Positions 35,840-47,903 of a stretch of DNA of 64,000 nt are shown here, piece after piece. This stretch comes from Utricularia gibba (lineage: Eukaryota > Plantae > Magnoliophyta), in NCBI GenBank assembly GCA_002189035.1, contig NEEC01000013.1:1178001-1242000 (forward strand), in the 5' to 3' direction. How positions within the stretch are numbered: the stretch's first letter is position 1; each line of letters opens with the position of its first letter. A model generated the notes under the pieces. The model searched no databases. It saw only the letters and a program-made list of their open reading frames with translations, and was not told the DNA's origin. Both the position numbers and the translations under genes were made by a program.

Positions 35840-36381
35840 CTACTCTGCAACTACTCCGACCGATGAATGAATTCTCGCCGGTGGCCGAGCAATGGGGGCG
35901 CGGCGATCCCACAGACAGACGACGCTGCCGTTGAGCGCCCTCAAATCTTGCGATTCGTACCATCCCATATCCACGAGCCTCATTGCCGCCGTTAGTTGCC
36001 ACCCCATTCCGTAATTTGAGCCATCTACTCTCCGACCCCGCCACCGCCGCCACAGTCGTCGTTCTCTGCTTCCTCCCAATCATCGTCTCCCTCTCTGAAA
36101 TCATCCACCACATAATACGAACTAAACTTCTTTTTCACACCCCCTTCGACGCAAACAGGCGAGGCGGCGACTGATTGAAGGGGCTGAGACGCAGGTGATG
36201 TCGCGGGCTCGAGTTCGGCAGATGAAACGTCATCGTTTTTACGAGGCGAGGCTAAGGCTTTGATCTTCCAGAAGCTAACGGCGGCGGTGATGACTGCAGC
36301 CCAGGTGAAGGCCGCCAACAATCCGGCGTCGTTGAAGTACTTGAAGGCTGGAGATTCAACCGGCGATTCCAGGGCGATCAT
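35840..36381 (-). CDS. Plant-specific unknown protein with N-terminal hydrophobic segment; -1 frameshift at 36036-36039
   Basis: MIALESPVES...FTWAAVITAAVSFWKI; the family C-terminal motif DMGWYESQDLRALNGSVVCLWD lies in the next frame and joins after adding one G. Confidence 0.8.
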
Positions 36382-37234
36382 ACTGGCATTCACGTCTGCT
36401 CTGCGTTAGTCCCAGAGTGTGTGTGGCGTGGCGTGCAGGCGATATTTCAAAGAGAAACGTGGGGAATCTGGACCGTCAGATCGAACGGAATGTGCTAAGA
36501 TCCAATTTTGTGATTCCCCTTGTGGGTCCCACTACCTGCAAGGTAGCTATTATTTAAACACATGCCATTTGGATATCAAATTTAGAATGATATTCATATT
36601 CTTTTATAAAAAATAATATAATTACTGTCTACACTATAAAATTTTTATATAAAATTATTTTTATACTCCAAATATCGAAAAAGTATCTTCTATCATTTGC
36701 ATCCACTATATCAAACTTTTCCAATAATTTTTCTATTCCATATATATGGTATGTTCTGTTTTATAATTTTTTTGAAATGATATTATTTGATTTTTGAAGA
36801 TTCTAATCTTTCTCCAGTCTATAGTAAAATTAAAAATTCAAATTCTGTGATTAATTTCATAAATTATTAAATTTCTTAAATATTTATTTTAGAGATTAAA
36901 TAAGATATTAATTAGAAAAATTATACTTTCATTTTTATCTATTTTAAAAATGTATTTATATCATAATATTAAATTATATAATACCTTAATATATTATAAT
37001 ATAATTTAATGTTATTTCATAAAATAATTTTACAATCTCAAATTGATTCACATAATTTTAAAACTGATTCTATTCTATATAATTTGTAGCGTACATAATA
37101 AGAACATAGATGGTTTTCGCCATAATTGAAATTCGTCAGCAAGATTGCAAATATCGGAGTTGCGGCGGCGGATCACCAAACCCTAAAAATGCAACGTCGG
37201 AGGTCTTTCGAATCCATACGGCGGCGGATACCTA

Positions 37235-37898
37235 TCAAACAGAAACCATACTTGAGCAGAAGCCATGGATCACGCTCTCTCTATGCGGACACACAGACCT
37301 GGAATGGTGATACGAGCCGTTCTGATAGTAATAGGGATTCATCCCATGGTAGGAGTAGTAGTTCGGATTCACCATCGCATCGTCATCTCTCAGGTACCTG
37401 GTGCTGCTGTACGGATACCCTGCTCCTCCGTAGTAGTTACTGTTGCACAGATACGCGTTCTGGTAGTAATCGTCGTACCCGTAGGAGCTTCTCCGGTTGA
37501 TGTTTGGGTGGCGGAGCTTGACCCATTTCAGCTCGGCGTGGTACCCGGTCCGAGCCAGGGCCGCCATCAGCATATCCGGCGACACCATACCGTCCACCCT
37601 CACCAACCCCTCTTCTGAATTTATGTCCACGTTGTACATCCCTTGAACAAAATGGTGCGAAATGAATGCCGGAGTTTCGGATCTGTTCAATATTCACATC
37701 TGAGTACGAAGATGGGTACCGCAGATGGAGTTGAGAACCTCCAGGATGCGCATTTTGCAGGCCTGGCAGTGGATGTTCACCTTCAGGACACAACTCTGCG
37801 CTCAAAGCGTTTCGCCTTGTCAGAGAAACAAGCGAAGAAGAAGAAGAAGAAGAAGGGAAAGGGATGTGGGGTGATCTTACAGCGTCGGCGTAGCCCAT
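37235..37898 (-). CDS. Heavy-metal-associated (HMA) domain protein, HIPP/HPP-like, with Tyr-rich tail (3 exons)
   Basis: MGYADA|SCVLKVNIHCQACKMRILEVLNSIC|GMYNVDINSEEGLVRVDGMV; CxxC motif present; ends CSSMVSV*. Confidence 0.88.
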
Positions 37899-38502
37899 GA
37901 GCGGTTTCTGCTGCAAGATGACTTTCCGGTGGCGCAAGAGTTCAGTGATCAGCATCAAGCAGCACAGAGACGACGGTATATGAAGGTAACCGAAATGATA
38001 AATAAGGAAAATATATATGGGGGAAAAATTCCTTATTTTTAATTAACATTAAAATTTTTTAACAAAATAAATTCATAAATGGCATATATTCCTTCAATAA
38101 GGCTGCCAAATGCGGAGATTCTTGTAGTGATGTATTTTGAATTATTCTGATTATGCTCCTTTTTCTATTTATGGAAAATAATTTTATATGTTAAAGAATA
38201 TTTGATGAATTAATGAGCAAAATAATGGATAATTAGTTGGAAATGGGTCGACCCGGTTCTGGAAGCTTTAGATACGAGGCCCAAGAAAGCCCATTTATAG
38301 TTTTGGACTGGGCCGCTCCGGTTCTTACGACGATCTCTCATCGCTCTGCTTTTTCTTTTTGGGGTGCTTTTCAATCTTTTGCGCTTGGTTGTTTGTTTTC
38401 CCAGCTGATTTTGATTGGTTTTTTTTTGTGCGTGCGGAGGAGGAATTGGAAGCCTGTAAACCGGAAGCCCTTGGAAGTAGTCGCTGGATTGTCTGCTGAA
38501 GT

Positions 38503-41500
38503 ATGTCGTCCAATAAGCGTAACTACAAAGACAAGAATTCTCGACGCCATCCGTAAGTGTTCTTTCGCATTCTCTGGATCCTGTTTTGAGTACTGTTTTG
38601 CAATTAGATTTTTTTTTGAGGATGTTTTGATGGATTGATTGGGTGGGGGAGACCAAAAGGATACTTATTTGGAAAATTTTGTGTCAAATATTTAGTAAAG
38701 AGGAGAAACCGGAAGAGCCTGAGCAACCAAAGTACCGAGACAGGGCAAAAGAGCGAAGAGAAGATCAAAATCCTGATTATGAGATCACTGAGCTAACGTC
38801 GTTTCATGCTGTTGCACCACCAGGGACTGTTGACATTCTGTGAGAAGCTGTTTGGATTTTTTTTCTCTTTATTTTCTTGTTTATAGTTTTACTTGTGCTA
38901 AATCAGTGTGCGTTTGGTGCTTAATAGGTCTGCTGATGCACACAAGTTATCCATTGAAAATAGCAAGTATCTTGGAGGTAAGAGCAGTAAATTTTCCTGG
39001 CTTATACTGTGTTGATTGATGCTATGTTCTCGGCCCTATTACAAATAATATCCAAAGGGATGTGCCTTTTGTGATACGTTCTTGTGTTGTCGATCGATTT
39101 AATTAGTTGGATTAAAAAAATTTTAAAAAGGGTCCAACTTCACTTCATTGATTTTAGGCTGTGTTGCATAAATGGTGAGTTTTTTCAAGGAAGATCTATT
39201 TTTTTCTTTTAGGCCATGCCTTTGGACCTATAATAGAGCAATAGAATAGGGGACATTGCACAGCAATCTGTTTTTGGAACATGAACGCATCGATTATTTA
39301 ACATCTCTGATGGATATTGGATTTAACTTCAGGTGATTTTGAGCACACCCATCTCGTTAAGGGTTTGGATTATGCTTTGCTTCAAAAAGTCAGGAGTGAA
39401 GTCGCCAAAAAAACAGATGATGGAGGAAAGGCTGAAGATAAGCTCGAGTGGGTGATTCTTATTATGTTAATATTTATTGCAATCTGTGGCTTAGCACTGC
39501 GGAAATAACCTTCTAACAACTGGGATGTTGTACACATTTTCTTGGGCTGATCTGGTATGTAATCTAAGGGTTTCTTTCTTTTTTTTTTAATAGAACAACT
39601 AAGGATGATCAGCCAGTCACTTTTCGAACTGCTACCGCAAAGGTGTGTGACTTTGATTAGAAATCTTCAAGATGGGTGGGATTTTTTTCCTGAAACACCC
39701 ACCATACCGTTTTCTTTTTTTTTTTTTTTTTTGCAGTCCATTCATCAATGGATAGTGAAGCCTCAGACTTACAAGACCAATGAATTGTTCCTTCCTGGGC
39801 GAATGGCTTTTGTATTTAACATGGTGGGATCCCTCTCTCTTCCTCTATGTTTTCCATGTCTGTCTGTAATCTGATCCGTGTGGCATACCAGCTAAATGGT
39901 TTTGTTTCATGAATCGCTTAATATTGCACCTTAAGTATTTATATAATTGTTCTGAGAGATAAGCATTTAACCCATCAAGCTTGGTGTGTACCACTTATTT
40001 CTGTTGGAGTTCACGTGGATGCCATATTGACTTTTTAATTAAAATGATCCAGGAGAATATTTTCACCCAGGATATTCCAACCACAGTTTATAGGAGTAAA
40101 GCTGATTGCCCTGTTCCTGAGGTCGGACTATCTTCGTCCATTCTGCATTGCTATTCTGTTCTCTAGATCTTTTGCGCCTTAAACTTTCTTGCTTTTCAGG
40201 AAATGGTGAAAGCCAGCATTGATGGTTCTGTTTTGGATCGAATTGCTAAAATTATGTCATATCTTCGCCTTGGGTCATCTGGAAAAGTTCTGAAAAAAAA
40301 GAAGAAAGACAAAGATAACAAAGGTGATACCTTGCAACGTTTTTTTTTTTTTTTTGGCTGATGATCGTATACGTTTTCTGAGTTTTTTGTGATGAAATCA
40401 TTTTCCATTCACCATGTTAGATGAGGCATGCGCTTACTTGCGCTTCTGTTTATTTTCTCCTGTCAAATTCAACATATTTCCCGTGCTTGAAAATACAGTA
40501 GGAAAGATAATGAATGGGCACGAAGTGAATGAAAGGACTTTGAGAGCAGACGATTCAAAAAATCATACTGCAAGGGAAATCCTTCCTCCACCTCCTCCAC
40601 TTCCTAAGAAGCACATTCCTGATCCAAAAGAGAAGGTTCAATCAAAACCTCGAAACAATGAGGATGATATTTTTGTAGGCGATGGTGTGGATTATTCCAT
40701 TCCGAATAAAGATATGAGCCAGAGCCCCATCTCTGAGGATATGGAAGAATCCCCCGGAACAAGGAGAAACCTTCTTACTTTGAGGATCCTGTATATGGCC
40801 CGGTACCTCCAGCTGAGCACGCTGATGTTTGGCAGCAAACAGTGAGTACTTTGGTTCAAGCCATCATTTTTTCTTGCAAATTTAGTACTCTTTATTCATG
40901 CATGTTCCTTTCATCTTGTCTGTAGAGTGGATATGATGCACTGCAAGCGCAAGCATTGGCCAGCAGCTACCAGGGGGAGTGGCAGGAGTACCAGTATGGC
41001 ACTGAACAACTAGGTTACCAAGACCAATACCTGCAGCAGGAGATCCAGTCCTACGATATGCAATCCATACAGCAGGACCCACGTTTAATGACTCAGGAGG
41101 ACAAGGACAGAGGCCTGGGATCTGTATTCAAGCGAGATGACCAGCGGCTCCAACAGCTGAGGGAGAAGGATTCGCGGGAGAAAGATCCCAATTTTATATC
41201 TGAGAGTTACTCCGAATGCTATCCTGGTTACCAGGAATACAACCGTGAGGTTGTTGACAGTGACGACGAGGCTGATTTAACCAAAATGGACATGGGAGGC
41301 CGTGTAAGTACTCCCCCTCCATTTCTCAAAAGGATTACATACATCAGTTGTACAAAAGCTGCAGGAATCACTGATATGCTTCCATGCAGGCGAAGGGGCG
41401 GCTTCACCGTTGGGACTTCGAGACCGAGGAGGAATGGGCCAACTACAATGAGCAGAAGGAAGCAATGCCGAAAGCAGCCTTCCAGTTCGGTGTCAAGATG

Positions 41501-41668
41501 CAAGACGGGCGGAAGACACGGAAGCAGAACAGAGATCAGAAACTCACAAATGACCTCCACAAGATCAACCAAATCCTGGCGAGAAAGAAGGCCGAGAAGG
41601 GTGAGAAGAATGATGAGGGTCGGCCTTTTGATGCAGAAGTACACCCCGCAAAGAAGCTCCGAATCTGA
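38503..41668 (+). CDS. SMU2: RED/IK-family spliceosomal protein SMU2; -1 frameshift at 40751-40755
   Basis: PKYRDRAKERREDQNPDY, SKYLGGD(F)EHTHLVKGLDYALL, SESYSECYPGYQEY, AKGRLHRWDFETEEEW and KEAMPKAAFQFGVKMQDGRKTRKQ. Confidence 0.95.
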
Positions 41669-41778
41669 TCTTGTATTGCATGAACCTCTGATCATATTAC
41701 AGCAACCTCGTGTTAGATTTGTAAGGGATTCAAATTTGTAAGAATGCAGTAACTCTACCGTGGCCTCATTATGTTCAC

Positions 41779-42005
41779 TATAAAACCAGTTGAGCTTCTT
41801 CACGCTAGAGTCGAAACTTGTCTCTCAAGGCTGGAGGTATGATCTCCTTAGACATTGACGAATGTCTTTCTTTTCTGTTGCTAATTGTCTTCCAAAGCTT
41901 GAATTTCACGTCGTAACTGAGTAAATTTGTGCTACGCTCTTGGCATGCCTTGCAAATGCTCGACGATATGCCTAATAGAATTCTTGTTCGATTCAATCCT
42001 CAGGG
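41779..42005 (+). promoter_or_regulatory. Putative TATA and 5' UTR intron of the MaoC dehydratase gene, within the SMU2 3' UTR region
   Basis: TATAAAA at 41779-41785, donor GAG|GTATGA at 41837 and acceptor CCTCAG| at 42003, 2 nt before the ATG. Confidence 0.55.
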
Positions 42006-42470
42006 ATGAGTGCGCTACGGAATTTCGTCAGATCTCTTTCTGGGTCATCGGGAAATATACTCAAGACTGGGGACGTTCTGAAGCAAGCCAGAATTTTTAC
42101 GTCGTCCGACATCGGAGAATTCTCGAAATCGACGCTTGATTTCAATCCACTGCATTTCGATTCGGAATGTGCAAAAGGTGCTGGTTTTGCGGATACTCCG
42201 GTGCCTGGATTACTCGTCGCTTCCTTGTTTCCGAGGATAATTGCGTCCCATTTCCCCGGAGCGGTTTATGCAAAACAGATTCTGGAATTCAAGTCTCCAG
42301 TCTTCATCGGAGAATGCATCACAGGAGTAGTGCGAACGAGCAGCATAAGGCAAGTGAGGAACAAGTTCTTCGTCAAATTCGACACCAGTTGCCTGAAAGA
42401 TGATGGTGCTGTCGTGATATCCGGTGAAGCCGCAGCAGTGTTGCCGCATCTGATCGTGGCCCAAGCCTAA
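42006..42470 (+). CDS. MaoC-like hot-dog dehydratase; probable mitochondrial 3-hydroxyacyl-ACP dehydratase (mtHD/HTD2-like), intronless CDS
   Basis: Short basic presequence MSALRNFVRSLS, catalytic D-x4-H (DFNPLH) and LFPRIIASHFPGAVY...FKSPVFIGE. Confidence 0.88.
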   Translation: MSALRNFVRSLSGSSGNILKTGDVLKQARIFTSSDIGEFSKSTLDFNPLHFDSECAKGAGFADTPVPGLLVASLFPRIIASHFPGAVYAKQILEFKSPVFIGECITGVVRTSSIRQVRNKFFVKFDTSCLKDDGAVVISGEAAAVLPHLIVAQA

Positions 42471-42784
42471 GACCCGGCCCGGTCCACGCGACTCGAGCTG
42501 GAGGTGGCGGCGGCTGGCGCGCCATTTCACCCGTTCATGTACCATCTTTAGGAAGTCGGATTAATCAGCAAAAATAATTAAATTAGTAATAATAATAAAA
42601 TAAAAGAAGAACAACAGTGTATGGGAAGCGAGCACTATAAATGTCTAAAGATTTCAATGATGTTCTTCCGCTTCTGCATTAGATCTGCACTTTCCAGCGA
42701 CGAGTTCGGTTTATGAGCCGGGGAAGTTTTTGTTCTACTCTGTAAGTACGGCTGAACAGAGGAGGTGTAGTCGCTTCCTTTTCG

Positions 42785-45700
42785 ATGGGGGACGCAGTGA
42801 TTCCGGCAGCGGTTCTCCGTAATTTGGCAGATAAACTCTACGAGAAGCGCAAGAATGCTGCCTTGGAGGTTCTTGAATCATTTTCTTTACGCATTTTTTC
42901 TTGTGCGGGAGTTTTGATTGTTAGTATTAGTATTTGATGTTTTGGTTTCTTGTGTTTTTACGAATTCAGGTGGAAGGAATAGTTAAGCAATTAGTGCAGG
43001 CAAAAGATTATGATAAAATCGACGCAGTGATAAGCCTGTTAACTAATGAATATACGTTCTCGTCCCAGGCGAATCATCGGAAAGTATGCTCTTCTGTTTT
43101 ATGTTTCTTGATAATGAGTGAATCTCCTCACATTTGTTGATGTTTGATGTATTGTATCATATTATGTAAGTTACTTTCCTATTTGTTTCTTGATTTAGGG
43201 AGGGCTAATTGGGTTGGCAGCAGTGACAGTTGGTTTGATGTCGGAGGCAGGACGTCATCTCGAAGTAAGAGAGATATTTTGATAGTTTTTTCAAGTCACA
43301 GCCTATTTTAATTTCACTAATATTGTTCGTGCTTGTCCTGATTTTTCCACCACTATCGTTTGTATATCAGAGTTTCCTTTTCCATTACATGCCTTGGATT
43401 CTTTATTGTTAAAACTGCTGCAGTTCCATTTCACGTGACAGAGTTATCGTACATAATTTTCCTTTTGGATTTCAGCAAATTGTCCCACCTGTGCTGAATT
43501 TATTTGCTGATCAAGATAGCCGAGTTCGCTATTATGCCTGTGAGGCACTTTATAACATTGCAAAGGTCAATAATAGATGGTTATGGCTTGCTTCCGTTAT
43601 GCTCTGGCTTTAATTTTTGATACCTTTGCAGGTTGTGAGAGGCGATTTCATAATTTTCTTCAACCAAATATTTGATGCACTCTGCAAACTTTCAGCAGAT
43701 TCGGATGCTAATGTACAAAGTGCTGCTCATCTTCTGGACAGGCTTGTGAAGGTATTTGTTAATCTTTATGTTTATAACAGCTGCAGGTTATCAGTAGTAT
43801 CACTGACTAACATTTTTTCACATGTTTTGATTGGTGTCCAGGATATTGTGACAGAGAGTGATCAGTTTAGGTTGACTTCATCTCTTTCATTCCTCATAAT
43901 GACCTCTATTTCAATAGATTTCGTGTTAGTTTTTACTCGCCCATGTTAGATTAATTTCTTTTGCCTTTCAACCTGCCACAGCATTGAAGAATTTATACCT
44001 TTATTGAGGGAACGGATGAATGTGCTAAATCCCTATGTCCGTCAATTCTTGGTTGGCTGGATCACAGTTCTAGATAGTGTCCCTGATATTGATATGCTGG
44101 GGTTTCTTCCTGATTTTCTTGATGGTGGGCCTCTTCATCTAGGATTTCATTTTGTGTAGTAATGATGGTGCGCCTCTGGTTTACCTGGTTTCATGCATTG
44201 TGGTGAAATGCAGGATTGTTTAACATGTTAAGTGATTCGAGCAATGAGATTAGGCAGCAAGCTGATTCTGCTCTTTTTGAATTCCTTGAAGAGATCAAGA
44301 ATTCGCCAGTAAGTTTCATGTTTTTATTGACCATTTCCTTGAAGGGTATTATCTTCTGGGAAATATACTTGTTGGACATTAGGTTATTCTGTCAATCAGC
44401 CCCTAAACTCAGGAAAACCTTCGTCAAGGTCTATGTTAAGAGGAAAACTAATACTTTTCCGCGAATTGTATCATAAAATGTATCACGGTAGGTGTGAGAA
44501 GCATCACATATTGCATGTACCAGACATCAAAAACATTTTCTTATTTAGGTGATTTTATAACTTTAGTGAATTTTTTTTTAAGTCTGTAGATTATGGACGC
44601 ATGGCTGAGATATTGGTACAAAGGGCAGCTTCAACCAATGAATTTACTAGATTGACCGCCATCAACTGGGTGAGTGTATTTTCAGCTGCTCTTCCTGGAC
44701 TCTCTTATTGTGTTTGGATCCTTGCATTGATATTTTATGCCTTTGTTTTAGATAAATGAGTTTGTAAAACTCGGCGGTGACCAACTGGTTCATCATTATC
44801 CTGACATTCTAAGTGCAATTTTACCTTGCGTCTCAGATAAGGATGAGAAAATAAGAGCTGTAAGCTCCTCAGTCTTGATGGTTTATTTCTTTGTAATACT
44901 CTTCTATGAAGATCATTGTCTCGTCTGCCAAGAGTTCCATCTATCTATAGTCAATCTCTCACTTTTGGAAAGATGCTTAGCCATGCTACTATTGATTCTT
45001 AATCCTCCAAGGAGGATCACCTGCAGTAATGCTAGTTTCTCCTTCGCAGTTTTTTTAAGAATTGATGCACCTGAGAGCTTTCTGTTTAGGTTGCTCGTGA
45101 TACGAATGAGGAACTTCTGGGAATTCAAACTATACCATCAGAAGAATTCAATGTAGGATCCATTCTCTCCGTGGCCAGGAGGTAAGCTGTCTCAAGAAAG
45201 TGATATTTATGCATGCCTCTCATTCATAAGCTTAATTGTCATCAAAACTTGAGAGGCTCAGTACAATTGGCAGCTTAATTTTCATCAAAGTCCTGTTTGA
45301 CATCATGTCCCACACAATAAATTGATGTTGCATAACACGATGCATTTTTTATTTATCAGGCATTTATCTAGTGAGTGGGAGGCTACACGTATTGAAGCAT
45401 TGCACTGGATGTTAACACTCTTAATGAGGTATCGTGAAGAGGTAATCACAATGCATTAAATTTTACATGTGATTATATCTTAGTGGCGGCAACCGTTATA
45501 TGTTAACGAGGTATTGTGCTTAGTTGTCCTTGCTTGCATTTTTGTTGAGAGAATTTGAATTTTCATTGTATTGTACTCCTGAAGTTGCTTTCTATCAAAA
45601 CATCTCTTTGGTCATATCTCGTGGCTATAATCAAATATCATACCATCGTAATTGTGCAGGTGCTCTCTTTTTTGAGTGATATTTTTGATACTCTTCTCAA

Positions 45701-47540
45701 GGCCCTTTCAGATCCCTCTGAACAGGTACATTATTATATGCCTAAGTTATTTCTCTGAAATGTTGAATCGCTCATGTGCATCTACATACTTTCAGCTTTT
45801 TATGAATAGCTTATTCTAGTGTCGAATACAGGGAAATTATTGTTCTTTTGATTTCCTTGCAGGTCGTTCTTTTGGCGCTTGAGGTGCATGCAAGCATAGC
45901 AAAAGACGATGTTCACTTTCCCAACCTTATCCTTCATTTGATTCAGATTTTTCGGGCAGACAACTCCCTGCTGGAAAAGTGAGATTATCTTAGCCTGCTT
46001 ATTTTTATATGTTTTGTTATGGACTCAGTCAATCTTATATTTGTAGGCGGGGCGCTTTGATCATTTGTAAATTGTGTGTACATCTAGATGCGGAAACTCT
46101 TTACAGGAAGCTGTCTGCTAGTCTCGTGGAAGAGCCTGACTTGGAATTTGCATCAACTATGGTCCAGGTAGTTTGTTTGTCAGTATGCTACAATTGTGAT
46201 TTACCATGAATATTTCAATCACTTCAATTCTGCATCTCTGTGTTGAGTTTTATTCTGTTTTTCATCACTTCTGATTTGTTTTTTTTTTTCTAGGCGTTGA
46301 ATCTGATCCTACTCTCATCGTCTGAGTTAGCTGGCCTGCGTGACCTACTGAAGGAATCACTTTTTAATAAAGCCGGGAAAGATTTGTTCATTGTTTTGTA
46401 TGCCTCTTGGTGTCACTCCCCAATGGCTGTTATAAGCCTGTGCTTGCTAGCTCAGGTGACGGCTCTATGCTGAGTGTAACTGTATAACTTCTTTTGTCGT
46501 TAAATCCTCTGCTCTGCCTTGATTACTGGTAGTATATTACATGGCATCTCATCCGAATGCTCAATTCCACAGATTTACCAGCACGCTAGCTCAGTAATTC
46601 ACTCTTTAGTTCAGGAAGACATGAATGTAATGTTTCTAATCCAATTGGATAAGTTGATCTACCTTTTAGAGACGCCTACTTTTGCCTATCTTAGATTACA
46701 GGTAATTTGATATGGCAATGATTGCTCATGCTAATTCTCGTGTATTTATTTTGTTGTTTGTTGCCGTTCTTTTCTTGTGTTTAAAATAGTATGCGGTCTT
46801 TGGTAGTGAAAAATAATCTCCAGGTGTCACTCAAGATGTTTTTTTTTTTTCTATGCAGCTTCTAGAACCAGGGAAATACGTATGGTTGTTGAAAGCACTT
46901 TATGGTCTTGTCATGTTACTGCCACAGGTGCTCACATGCTGCATGGGTTTTCATATACTGTAATGTTAGGATTCTGCTTGTTAATCAATAGGGTGATATT
47001 AATGTTGATGCAGCAAAGTGCTGCATTCAAGTCTCTGAGAACTCGATTGAAAGCCGTGCCTCCATACTCGTTTAGTGGTGAAATTTCCAAGAGATCTTCT
47101 TCAAGAAATGACACTCCTGGGGAAAGCTGTCTTGGCGGGGATGGTGTCAATGAGAATCAGTCGAATTGGCGTGGAGAAATTAACTTCACTTTGTGGTTGC
47201 GGCAGTTTCAGAAAGTTCAAGAGCGTCACAGAGCTCACCGGAAGTCCTCCCCGCTCTCTCTGGCTAGCTCTTCATCTTCCAAGGTCTGTATTTTGTTTTT
47301 TTATATAGCGCTCTGTCCTTTAACCACTCGTGAAATAACAGTAACCTCAGCGAGGGGACGAGTTCTCATAGATACCAACGTTAGAACCCCATTTTTTCTT
47401 GGTTACATTGTGTTGTCTACTTTCAGGGCATACACAAAAGCGAAGAGAAAAGACAGCAACACCTTTCACCTTCTGTTCCAGAAGTAAGCAGTCCAGCTTC
47501 AAGAGCTTCTTTTACGGGCACCGGGCAGCTAAGAATCTAA
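42785..47540 (+). CDS. VAC14: VAC14, HEAT-repeat scaffold of the PI(3,5)P2-synthesis complex (about 20 exons)
   Basis: [22 protein letters not shown]|[61 protein letters not shown] and [13 protein letters not shown]; exons checked in frame. Confidence 0.96.
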
Positions 47541-47903
47541 ACCCTCTGCTGTTTCTACATACATAATACCCTTCTCAGTGCTGAATCCATGGGAGTCGGA
47601 GCGGGTTCTTTGAAATGTACATCCTTGTAGCTTCTTTGATTCAATGCTTAGCAGTTCTTTCTCTGAAAAATTTGCTCTGGTGGTTTGTTGGTTTTGTTGA
47701 AAACCACCTTGAGCAAAATAGTTCACCAAATTGCAAGATATGTTCATTGCTTCCTGAGTATTTCTGTCAGGATACTCATTTTTGATCCACTTTGTCAAAT
47801 GCCTACTGTTGTCTGCAATTGTTCATGATACACATTGTATTCTAATTCTAACTGCATTACGGGCTATGAGAAACATCCCCATCATCATCTTCTGAAGAGT
47901 AGC

